Shown piece by piece: positions 52,157 to 64,000 of a stretch of 64,000 nt of DNA. Source of the DNA: Epiperipatus broadwayi (lineage: Eukaryota; Animalia; Onychophora); contig JAQFVV010000007.1 of the NCBI GenBank assembly GCA_028023455.1, positions 12,090,001-12,154,000 of the forward strand. The letters run 5' to 3'. The notes under the pieces are model-generated. The model searched no databases. It was not told the origin of the DNA and saw only the letters and a list, made by a program, of their open reading frames with translations. A program made the translations under genes and the position numbers. The stretch's first letter is position 1; each line of letters opens with the position of its first letter.

Positions 52157-54714
52157 ATGATTCCAAATTTAATTCCAACATATATTTAAGAAATCTAACA
52201 ACAAAGTTAAACATTAGTAAAGACAAACATGTATCAAATTGTGTATACATGTGATTTGTTAATCAAATAATATAAATACAATTCTGTGTTTAAAATTAAA
52301 TGAATGTGCATTGTGCTGGGTTCTGGTATTTATACTTATAGAAGCAAATTATTTGCAGTCAACTTTCGAAGAGTATTGAAAATGTCAACCAAATTGTTGT
52401 ATGCTTTGGATTTTTTTTTTTTAAAATTAAATATTTTTTTATGAAAAATTTGAATAAGATATATTGCTTTTGCAATTTCTTACAACATTCAAAAGCATAT
52501 AAAATTTTATTCTATGTTAAAAATTTATTTTCAAAGCAATAACTTTATTAATGTTTATTGTTTTTTTTTTTAAAGTGGAGAATGATTTTTAATATTACAG
52601 AAAATATTTTTGTAATTTGAATTTATGCTTTTATAAAATTTATTTAAAACATACAGATTTGATAGAGAATATGTTATTTTTATTAAATCTAATATTTTAC
52701 ATAAAGACAAAAAAATGGATTGTTTTAATTGTTCTATTTCTGTTTATTACTAGTTTTTTATTTTATTTTATGTGTTATTCTATGTACATTGGTTAACTCT
52801 TCCTCTGCAATTGTAATTGATATAAGCATTAAGAACATGAAGCAAGAAAAGCTTAAAATAAAAGTTTAATTATATTATGCTAAGCAGCTTATTTTATTAA
52901 CATTCTTATGTTATTTTTAAAACTTCTAAACATATAATTTTAAAAATGATAAACACATAAAATTTTAATTAAAAAAATAATACTAGTGATACATGGGTGT
53001 ATTTATAAGGAAGTACTCAAAAATTAACATTTTAAGTCATAGCTAAACTAATGAAAGCATATGTTACTTTGAATACAATTGGCTGACATAGTTTCCATAT
53101 TATCAAAGCATAGATTTGATATGTCACAGTGCAGTTTATTGTAATAGAATATACATGTATATTCATTTATCATCTTTCTAGATGATTATAATTTTCCATA
53201 AAATTATTGAACAAAAATATGATAAAGTCAACCTTTTTGTGTGATTTGGTTTTTACTGCAATCTTATGCAACCTAAGTCATTTGTGTGATTGGTTGTCAC
53301 ATTTAGCAGTGATCACAACATTGAAAAAAAAAATAACGAACAGTAATTATTCTTACAGTAAAGTTTAATACTCATATAAGTACATAAATACATAATTTAA
53401 TTGATCAAAATGGGGTTGAAGAATTTAATATTTATTTATAGTGTCTGTTTCAATTTTATTTTAAATTGATTATTTTAAAGTACACAAATAAAAACACATT
53501 TCTTTATCCGTTCATTTAAATATAAAATCTGTGCTACTATTAATTATTTTTTTAATATAATAGTTGCAAAATATGTAAAAGAAAAGAAGGAGAAATAACA
53601 AAGATTACTTGAAAAAAGGGTAATATTCATTCTGATTTAATTTGTACCAAAATCAAATTTTCAAGTCTTATATGAAACAGTATAGAAATTATGATAGTTG
53701 TATTATATTTCTTTTGTTTAAATGGTATTGTTGGATAATAATTTTGCTCTAAGCTCTGGATTTAGAGGAAATTGTCTCTAAATGCATGTATTTCAATTTT
53801 CCAATAAGTGAACATGCCATGTAACTAATGTGGTCCTACAATCTGTTACTTTCTATGAAACAGGGATCTGCTATACAAAGACAATGAAATATATAACTAC
53901 TGATAAATAATGATCAATATTTATTTGGAGAATAAAAAAATGACACTATTGTAAAAGAAATGATATAAAATGTGTTGAAAAAATTTACATAGATGTTTAT
54001 AGTATATAATTAATAAGAAAATAAGTATAGATCTTCTGAATGCAACAATATCCAAATTCAAAGTATTTTAAATTAAGGTGAGATGTAAGATATTATGTCC
54101 ATGTAAGAAATATTAGAAAATGGAACTATATTGATATTTTAATTGAGGAAAATGATGACTTGGTAAATGATTAAGTTGTATCAACATCATTAACTCTTTC
54201 ACACTTGATTTTTTCCTTCCCACATCTAGTGAGTATTTGAGTTAATGGTTTTATTAAATATCATTACCTTATGTAGTTTAACACAATAATTGGTTGTGAA
54301 AACAGGAATAAAAACATTTACCATCAACTCTTTGTGTTGTAAAACAAAAATCTAATAAGTATCTGAACAAAACAATTGTGTTAAAATATCACAGGACATC
54401 ACAAATAACTTAATAACAATGTAATTTTAATGTGGTTGATAATTTACTATTCCTTACATTTTTATAAACAATTGTTGAGTCACAATACTTAGAGATTCAT
54501 ATTAATGTATCTGAGCTCATTATAGATTCAAAAACAAACTTTGCTTATGTAAAATTAAATTATTACTTATTACAATTTGATTTACTAGTGTCAAATATCT
54601 TGTTCCTATAATTTTAGTACTATCAACTTTAGATAAATATTAGAGTAATTATTATTAATACTTTATTAAGCTAAAAATTATATCATTCCTAATAGAGATA
54701 TAAACTTTAAACTA

Positions 54715-55040
54715 TTAACTTTACTACAGTTTAATCTACCAATGTCAAACTTTCTGGACTCATAGCTTTGACACTGTTCATTTGTGATAAATACATTATA
54801 ATTTATTAAGTTCAAATTTATCGTATCAATCTTTAAAGTATTATATTTAATATAATTGTTGATGTTTCCGCACTAACAATTTTAACACTATTCATTTCAG
54901 ATAGATTATCATATCATTCTTAGCTCAGATACACACTTTAAAACATTTCTTTTACTACACGCTAATTTATAAGGGTCAAATTTTCTGCATTTATAGCTTT
55001 GACATTATTAATTTCGGATAAATTCATTAATGATTTAATC
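54715..55040 (+). repeat. Old tandem duplication, period ~232 bp
   Basis: TTTACTACA...GTCAAA.TTTCTG....ATAGCTTTGACA.T.TT.ATTT..GATAAAT.CATTA at about 54720 and 54952. Confidence 0.55.
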
Positions 55041-55909
55041 AAAATAGGCTAGAGATTATCATTCTAGACATAAAATTTAAAATATATAATCCATTAACCC
55101 AAATTGCATTATGATAAATGAATAATAAATTTCTTATAAATTTGATGTTTTTGTTTTTTTTTTAAAAAAGAAAGTTTTATTTATTTATATATAATCTGCT
55201 TTTTCAAAGTGTATTTTTTGATCAATGAATCTACAGTAATAGTTATTGAAAAAAAAACTAAACTATTTGAAAGAAAAAGTTTAACAACATTCATTATAAA
55301 ATGTTAATGGAAAAGCAAAGAAAAACGTTTTGTTAAACATTTTTTCTCCCTCCAAATTATTAACAGACTACTGACTATATATACCACAAGTCTATTTCAC
55401 ATAAACAGATACGTTAAAAGTTTTAAACAATGTTCATAATATCATCCAAGAAAATCAAATTCAATTATTTAACAATAAATATTTTTGGTACAGTTGATTA
55501 TGTCTGACAATGGATTTTTTTTTAAAAGTTAATAAATTTATTATAAATTTTAATAAATTTAAATAATTAAACTGAGCTGTATAATTTGGTCTGGTTATAG
55601 AATAACACTTTCTGAAACTCGATAACCATGGATTATGTTCTGTGCTCAACCGATTTATAAACTCCTATGGAATAAATTATAAATAAATATATAGTTATTT
55701 GCTCCAAAGTATTAACATATATTACAAAGGAATTATAATTTGTTTTAACAAAAATATTTTTAAATATGATCTTAACCATATTTTGGACTCTAACTGATGT
55801 GTGCAACTATCATAGCTATTTTTTCAACTTCCACTTTAATAACTCTTTAGCATTTTAACTTCTATTCAAGATTTGGTAAGAATGCAACTTTATGAACATT
55901 GTATATATT

Positions 55910-56045
55910 TAGGAAGGACCTCAACTCAGATGTTCATCTACACACTCCATCTTATACAACCAATACACATGACAGCATACATGTGAAATAGATAAATGAT
56001 CTCCAATATACATATTTTGTGCCATACCAGCACTCATCAGTTGAT
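55910..56045 (+). repeat. Family B fragment
   Basis: AAGGACCTCAACTCAGA...CTCCATCTTATACAAC...CCAGCACTCATCAGTTG. Confidence 0.75.
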
Positions 56046-56468
56046 TGAAATTACCATTTACATTGTAAATACTTTTTAAAATATTATATCATTTAACATT
56101 ATTACACTCATATAATAAGGGGCATGTATCTACCTAAATACAATGTTGATTCCTTTTTCTTAATCTCTAACAATTAATGGTTTATAATACAATTCTTTCC
56201 TAGAAACTAATAAAAATGGAATCTATGCAATGACTTGCTTATTTTGTATGATGTAAGTACTTACATTTTTTTTAACTGGTTTCAGTAGCTCAACAGATTA
56301 CATCTTTAAGCACGGATGGTGCTCTTTCTCTAATGCTTTAAAATTGTTTTATTTTTTTAAAAAAAGAACATAAATGAGATTTGTGTGGATGGATTTATTT
56401 TATTCTGACTATTATCTCTGGCACAACTTAAAAAATTTTTTTTAGTTATTAACATTACGCAGCCTTAC

Positions 56469-56518
56469 CTCAATCATAAAATAACTGTGAACGATCTTCC
56501 ACATTAACTCCTCCTTAT
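56469..56518 (-). CDS. Candidate 50-nt exon (DKEELMWKIVHSYFMIE), phase 1-0
   Basis: Donor GAG|GTAAGG, acceptor TAATTAATAG, open frame, CpG-retaining neighbourhood (56440-56700). Confidence 0.35.
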
Positions 56519-57249
56519 CTATTAATTATTTAATTATATCAATTTTATGGTAATGTTTCCGTTTTAAATATATAAAGGAGAAGCAAAACCAGTTTGTTTA
56601 AATTAAGATCCATCGGACAATCTTGTCTGACAAAGTAATTATTAAAATAAAATTGGTTTATTATATCACCCATTCTAGATATTTAATCTCACGAATGTCT
56701 AGAACATTATATATATATATGTTAAACCTTATATTTTGTTTAATAGAGTCAAATTTTCACTTCCTATTTTAAACTTTTCTATTTAATTAAACCACCAGTT
56801 TTAGTGAAATCTTTAAGGTGTACTTCTGATCAAAATAAAATGCAAAATGGATTTATGTGTTTATCTCAATGATTAGTTAATTAAATGTACAAATAAAGAT
56901 GAATTAGGCTTTGATTTGAAATTTATAAAATATTAAAAAATATCACCAACTACAGTATCATACTTTAATCTAAAAATAATTGTAGCATTATATTTATATA
57001 TCAGATAAATAGAAACACAATTTATAATAAATAAATTAAGTACAAACAGTGTAAAGGAATATTCCTTAGACTGATTAGTTATTTAGATGAAAATAAAAAT
57101 TTTAAAATAGATGAGCCATTGTCTAAAATCATTATTTGAAAACAAGATATTTTTAACGCTAGTAAATTAAGTATTACTTATTATAGTTGTAGATAGTTTT
57201 CTAAATTTTGATTCAAAATTATGTAGCTGAAAATTGCCTTATCTAAACA

Positions 57250-58445
57250 ATCAGCGCTAAGTTTATATTAAGATAGCAAATGTTCAGGCTTTAATCTTCT
57301 CCACTCTCCAACTCTTCAGCTATTCATATCATTGAAAATCTGAAGATAGAATACTCATAGTCCCTGTTGATGCCAATAATATTGTTATACCCATGTTGAC
57401 CTTAAGCCAATCTGACCCCTCACATATAAAACTTTAATATGTTCATTTAATTATACAGAAGAGGGATGGTCTGAATTTGTAATATTTAAATGGATTTATA
57501 TTATCTAAACTTAATGTGATTAGAAAGGACCTGAACTCAGACTTTAAAGCTCTCTACAGCTATCATCTCCATCTTATACAACTGATGCACATGACCACAT
57601 ATATGTAAAAAATATAAATGATCTACAGTATATGTATTTTGTACTAAACCAGCACTGATCAGCTGGTCCAAATCATCATAACCTACACATATATACAACC
57701 AGTGTTCAGTTTATGTTAAGATAGCAAATCTACAAACTTTAATGAGCAAGCTTCAATCTTCAATACCTTCCACATTGTCAGCCATTCATATCATTGAAAA
57801 TCTGAGGATGGAATAATCAAAGCCCCTGTTGATGCCAATATTATTGCAATACCCATGCTGACATTATCTCAATATGATCATCACACACAAGACCTTAATA
57901 TATCCATTCAATTGTACAGAAGAGAAACAGAATACAGGCTGAATATGTAATATTTAAAAACATGTATATTATCTATACTAAACTTAATATAATTAGAAGG
58001 GACCAGAACTCAGACTTTCAAACTCCCTACCACTATCCACTCAATCGTATAGAAATGCATCACATGGATATAACAATAGTATGGGATCAATAAGGGATTT
58101 AAGCATTCCCTCCTCAGATTATCAATGATATGGATGGATGAAGAGTTGGGGGAAGGTGGAAAGATGTCCATTAAAGTTTGAAAATTTGCTAGCTTAATAT
58201 AAATTGAGCAAAATGATTGTATACATGTGTGGGATATGGTGATCTGGACCAACTGATGAGTAATGGTTCAGCACAAAATACATTTATTGGAGATCATTTA
58301 TCTTTTGCACATGTAAGTAGCACATATGTATTGGTTGTATAAGATGGAATGAATAGCTGTAGGGAGTTTTAAAGTCTCAGTTCAGGTCCTTTCTAATTGC
58401 ATTAAGTTTAGTACAGATAATATACATGTATTTAAATATTAGATG
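57250..58445. repeat. Family B foldback array (period ~460-475 bp; about 1.7 units forward, about 0.8 inverted)
   Basis: GGACC.GAACTCAGACTTT at 57527 and 58000; CATTGAAAATCTGA at 57330 and 57792; inversion near 58050; right arm ends ...GTTCAGGTCCTTTCTAAT. Confidence 0.92.
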
Positions 58446-58656
58446 TATATAAATTGTGAATAAATATAATCACTACACTTGATATACATTTATTTAAATC
58501 ATTTTAGAAATTCTGTATTATGTATTAATTTCTAATGACAAAGATATGTACTGATACATATACATGGTTTTGTTGTAAATAAATATTCTGTTTTGTTTAT
58601 CTAACTTAGTGAAGATTTATAGGGATTTGTTGTGCATAAATATTATGCAGAAAACA

Positions 58657-59395
58657 CTTCATACAGTAGTGCCATTTAAAACAATACATAAAAATAAATG
58701 GATGCTAAAAGATTTGTGCCTGAAATTATTGTCTAGTGCCTGTTTATCAATATCATCAGATTAGGTTCTAGTTTGTGGATTTCTTCAATAAGGAGCCCGA
58801 AGAGCAGCCCAAAATCAAAACCCAATAATGTTTTTATCCAAGCTTGCACTGAATGACACTAGTTTGCTACCACTTTAACAGATTGTGTAAGTATAGGAAA
58901 TATTGATTAAGTGATGTTTTAGTAATTTAATGTCATTTCTGCTCCTACGATAATGGTGACTATGGTTATTAAAATCAGATACCAAAATGTATAGATACTG
59001 AATTGTTTCAGATTTATTTTTTTATATCAGACTATTTTCATCATCTAATATGAGTATTGAATGTCTTTAGAAAAATTTAACTTTATTTAAATATTTCCAA
59101 TCCATTCAATTGTTAGCAATAGTATGTGTATTTAGAATATTTAAATAAAGTTAATTTTTTCTAAAGACATTCAATATTCATATCAGATGATGGAAATAGT
59201 CCAATATAAAAATACAACTAGAACACCATTATCACAAACCTTCAGGAAAACAAGTTATCTAGGTTGAAAACATTATTGTGTTTTCACTTTGGAATCATAG
59301 CTTTATACTTAAGTAAATAGGTAAAAGTTGGCTGCTCAAAGATTGTATTAAACCCCAAAATGTAGGTGCAATGCTATCAAGTCCAAGATTTTCAT
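58657..59395. repeat. Degraded family A foldback interrupted by a family D insertion
   Basis: CATACAGTAGTGCCA forward at about 58660; inverted A (CTATGGTTATTAAA...TACTGAA) runs to about 59010 and resumes after 59255 (TAGGTTGAAAACATTATTGTGTTTTCA...GGCTGCT). Confidence 0.75.
59013..59253. repeat. Family D foldback (short loop)
   Basis: TATTGAATGTCTTTAGAAAAATTTAACTTTATTTAAATATT is inverted as AATATTTAAATAAAGTTAATTTTTTCTAAAGACATTCAATA. Confidence 0.88.
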
Positions 59396-60399
59396 ATGAA
59401 TAAATTTTCTTGTAATTTCACTGCTAAGAAAAAAAAAATATGTAAAAAGAAATTCCTTTTATTGCCAGTATAATCTCAAACTATGTATAAAATAATTCAA
59501 ATCTTAAGTCAGTATAGTTATTAAATATTATACACAAATATATAACTTTATTTTTAATAAAATATCTTACCTAGAGATTTAAGTCATTGAACAGTTCATC
59601 CAATAATGGCTTCCATGGCAGAACTACTTAATCTCTTATATTATCTTTGTTACAGCATAGAAATGTCTTTTTCAAAAATACAAGTGCCTCCATCTACTGG
59701 GTAAAGGTGTAATTAAGCTTTTAAAAAAATATTCATATATATTTACATAGATGTGAATATTTTTATGTCGTACCTGGAAAACACAAGGTATCTCATTTTT
59801 CACATAGGGTGCTGCATGAGAAGCAACATACAGTAAAAGAAGTTTAATATCAAAGTTCAGCTCAGGATATGTGAAAAAAATTCTGTCATAGCTGATAATA
59901 TTTAGAAAGTTTTTGAATGTGCAATAATTTATAAAACATATAAATTTGACATTCTGTCACACATGTTAAATGGAGTATTTAATTATTCATTTATTAATAT
60001 TCTTAGAAGTCACTTGCAAGTGAGTTTGTTGATTTTTTTTATTTCACAATAAATGAAGAAAATCAATTAAAAAATTATTAAGAGAACTGTAGCAAAGTGT
60101 ATTTTTCAATGACTTTCTCATCTTACCTAATTTTAGTTTGCCTGTGTGTCTCCCCAAAAAATGTAATAACTACCACACTTTTTAAAGTATGTTTAAATAT
60201 TTTTTGTGTATAAATAAGTCTATGTCTCATATAAAATTGATAGTCAAAACCATCTTAAAACATCTTTTAGATAATGTATGATAATTTATCTGTAATGATG
60301 TGAATTTGCAGTAGTAGATTTAATATCACAATATTCAGCAAAATGGGAAAAGTTCTTAGTCTTATGATATTATAAATCATATTTTCAGAATCAGTATCA

Positions 60400-61445
60400 A
60401 TCAATCAATAGTATTCTGTCCAATAGACAGGGGCAGAGAGTAATCTCAACATCAATTCACCCATTCCTCCATTTCATTTTCTTCCTTGCCCATTTCTTCA
60501 ATTCCACATAAGTATTCCCATCTCTTATATGATTCAATAATATCAATCTCTTAAATCCTTTCTTTTTATTCCACTCACCATTCCCTCTAAAATATCTTTC
60601 ATTAAACTATAATCTCTTCTCAGTATATGTCCAATCCAGTTTCTCTTTCTCTCTCTGATATTCCCAATCAATCTTCTTTTCTTGTTTACTCTTTTCAAAA
60701 CTTTTTCATTTGTCATTTTACTCATCCAACTGATTTTTTTCCATTTTTCTCTATGTCCACATCTCAAAAGCTTCTGATTGTTTCTTAATTCTGTTACTCA
60801 ATGTCCATGTCTCACAACCATACATTAATACATTCCACACATAACATTTAATTAATCTCTTCCTTAATTCTATTTCCAAAGGTCCACAAAACATCTTTCT
60901 CTTCACAAATGTCTCCTTTGGCAATGCTATTCTTATTTTAACATCACTTTTTTCATCCTCACTAAACCAACTACCCAAATATCTAAATCCCTTCACCTGT
61001 TAAACCATGTCATCACAGATGCCAATTTGCAGTCTTTTTGCATCCATAAACACTTAGTGTTTTTAATATTAATCTTCATTCCATATGTCATACATCTTTC
61101 TTCCAATTTATTCAGCATATTCTGAAGACTCTTTTCATCCTCAGCAATAAGAACCATATCATCTGCAAATCTTATACAGTTTGTTACTCTCCCTCCAACA
61201 TTTGCTCCTCCAAAATCCAAATAATTATGTAGTATATCTTCTAAATAAATATTAAACAGAACACACCCTTGCCTAAAATTTACTTAATCTCATTACTCCC
61301 AAATCTAACTTTTATTCTTTGACCATTATACATAGTCCAAATCAATCATACTCCTTTATCTCTTAAGATGAACATCAGTTTATTCCAGACTACTTTATCA
61401 AATGCCTTTTCTAAATCCACAAAACATATACCAATTCCAGAATTA
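60400..61445 (-). mobile_element. 5'-truncated RTE-like LINE (second subfamily), partial RT through the C-terminus
   Basis: DLEKAFDKV, RQGCV, CIRFADDMVLIAED, FRYLGSW, LIKCYVWNVLMYGCETWTLS, RKRNWIGHILRRD; (TTGA)n-like tail. Confidence 0.92.
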
Positions 61446-62376
61446 TATTTGGAAATATAAGTAGAAGTTCTGAAGAAGATTGCTGTGGCAATTGAAACTA
61501 TCAATAGTGGGTTGTAAAAAACATTGTAGAAAGTAATAAAGAATAGAGATGATATTAATATTGAAGAATATTATTAATTGAAAATTTTTCAGAATTATAT
61601 AAATAGAGGGCCCATTATTCACATCCATATAATAAATTTTGTATAAAACATTTTTATATACTCTTAATTTAGCCAAAGTAATTACATAGTTATGGTTACT
61701 TTTGCATCCAAAACTGTCTTTTCACCTGTAAAATAAAATATCAATTTTTTTAAAAGGATGCAAGATATCAAACCTTTTCCACTGACTGATAAAACAAGTG
61801 TACTTTAAGCTGTATTCACAACATTAAAAATAATCTGTAAAATATATTTTGAATTGAGAATAATAACACAATTATCAGCACACAGTCAGTGTAAAAGATA
61901 AAAACACAAAATTCTTGTTTTCACATTCAGTAAGGTCAAATTTAAAAACTCAATGAAAACATGTATAGAATCTTGAAGTTTCACTTGATGAAGCAATCTA
62001 TCAAAAGTTCCAAAAATGTACTTTATAAAAATTAAAAAACAAATCACAGACTAAGATATATCTGTGACAAGTATCAGTTTTAATTTCAGATCGTTTACAT
62101 ATTCCACCAGCAATACACACTTTATTTGGCTCTATTTTTGGATAAACATTAGTGAACAATCAACTATATTCAAATAATATCGTAAATATTGCTCATTAAT
62201 TGATTGAATGCTTTGATCCAACAAATCAATTCATTATGTATATATTCCAGTGACAAAGCACGACCTTTTATAAATGGAAGCATATTTCTTTTTTATAATG
62301 TTTTTATTTCACTTGCCACAACAATTTTTACATACTAGCACCTAATATATATATATATATTAATTCTAATGTTTAA

Positions 62377-62380
<4 letters not shown>

Positions 62381-62435
<55 letters not shown>
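62381..62435. repeat. (AT)n microsatellite
   Basis: Uninterrupted AT dinucleotide tract. Confidence 0.95.
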
Positions 62436-62437
<2 letters not shown>

Positions 62438-63549
62438 CATACACTAGAAAAATCTGAAACTTTATTATCTGTAAATCAAAGAATATATTATCAATATATT
62501 TTTATCTTCCAAATCCTTTTCACATTCTTAAAAGTTTTAACTGTAAATTAGATCTTAGCATTGTTTGAATTTCTTATAATCAATGAGAATGTGAGAATAA
62601 GTTAGTTGACTTCATTTACAATCCCTATGTATATAAAAACAATTCAACAGTTGGTAAAAAAAAATTGAAAGTGATTTTTTAAAATTGAATTTTAATTAGA
62701 GATTTTGAAAGTTTTAGTGAATTTTTCTATGGAAACATTCATTCCATTCAATACATGGATGCTTGGTCCCTGATATATACATATATGCACACACATTGAA
62801 AGTGTATTTAGTTTACTTAATTTCATTTAATATATTTTATTCTCTGTTGTGGTATTTTCATATTATTAATAATGGCAGAGTAGCAGGACTTTATATATAT
62901 CACATTTGATCAAAATACTTTCCTTGCATTTTCCTGAAAATATAACTTTATATTGCTTCTTGATTTGTGTAGGATTTCATTTAAATTACTTTCTTTTTTG
63001 GTCTGTTTGTCAGGTTCAAATTTTTAAACTTGATTTTCACCTACTTATCAATTTTTGATCTAGATGGAACTTTGCATACCTATATATCTCTGATTATAAT
63101 ATAATTTTAAAATTTTGTGAACAATTTTAGACAAAAATTAATGAAACCTAAATTTTATTAAATTAATGAAACCTTTATTTTTTTAATAGTTATATAATAT
63201 GGACACTGACAGTGTCTAGGGACACTCCCTGTAATTTAAAACTGAATGGTTAGTTAAAAATGATTTTGACAATTCAGTGTTACATAAGGCTAAAAAAATA
63301 AAGAAATCCTTTCATTCACAGAAGCACACTAAAAATAAAATATATATTTTCTTCAGTTTTTAAAAATAAAAGATGTGGTAATTATGTTTAGAAATAGTTT
63401 ATAATTTCCAGATCAGATTTCTCAAAAAACTTTAAAATAAACTTACAATTGAAGTCCATTTTATGTATCAATACCAACCTATTCATCAGATAAAAAATGT
63501 TTTTTTTTACTTATCTGACAAGTGTATTGATATTTATCTGATTTGTGAC

Positions 63550-64000
63550 TTCATCATCATCAACCATTGTCAATACACTGCATAATGAAGGTCTCCAAGT
63601 TCAATCCATCTTTTCCTATCTTTAGCTTCTCTTCTCCACACCACCCCTGCACACTTTCTTATTTCATCCATCCATCTCACATGTGGTCTCTTTCTGGGTC
63701 TTTTACAATCTCTTGGAATCCAATTTAAAATTTCAATTGTCCATCTATTACCATCCCTTCTAGCAATAGTCTAGCCCAACTCCACTTCAGTCTTTTAATT
63801 TTTTCAATGAGGTCACTAACACCTGTTTGTTCTCTTACCCATACATTGCATTTTCAATCTCTTCTTGTTACTCCCAACATGCATCTCTCCATACTTCTTT
63901 GAGTGGTCTGAAGTCTCTGTATTGCTCTTCTATTAAGTCTCCAAATCTCAGATCCATAAGTAAGAACTGGCAAAACACATTTATTAAAAACCTTTCTTTT
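63550..64000 (-). mobile_element. RTE 3' portion (same family as 24960-28490), runs off the window
   Basis: The reverse complement matches 28070-28480 and 39655-39950, including REQTGVSDLIEKIKRLKWSWAR and the GATGATGAT tail. Confidence 0.9.

Noticed and set aside
59571-59625. Minus-strand VLPWKPLLDELFNDLNL before a strong GTAAGA donor
   Set aside because: The frame ends in TAG immediately before the donor, and the acceptor lacks a pyrimidine tract.
757-62551. Most 60-100 aa ORFs in the supplied track as stand-alone genes
   Set aside because: They have low-complexity I/F/L/Y/K/N composition typical of random AT-rich frames, microsatellite translations or antisense TE frames. Only the RTE-derived ORFs show real motifs.

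Overview
Very AT-rich, CpG-depleted animal (probably invertebrate) genomic DNA, mostly intronic or intergenic, with no long intact ORF. Recognisable content: a near full-length degenerate RTE-clade LINE (about 24960-28490) plus about eight truncated RTE fragments, a tRNA-Gly(TCC) pseudogene, two abutting minisatellites, (AT)n tracts, several CpG-retaining islands (one with a perfect NRF1 palindrome and an ETS site) and scattered candidate short exons on both strands that I could not assign to a known gene. The main unexplained structure is a set of short dispersed arrays of several unrelated ~330-475 bp repeat families that each carry an internal inversion (foldback). Junction positions differ between copies, yet polarity is the same within each family. 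The two youngest-looking foldbacks (3943-5653 and 51837-52156) are flanked by 14-bp and 12-bp direct repeats, with 2-3 nt microhomologies at the ends and, in the first, at the inversion junction. This resembles twin-primed retrotransposition of satellite transcripts, possibly by the resident RTE machinery; the mechanism is inference. All alignments and counts were made by eye.
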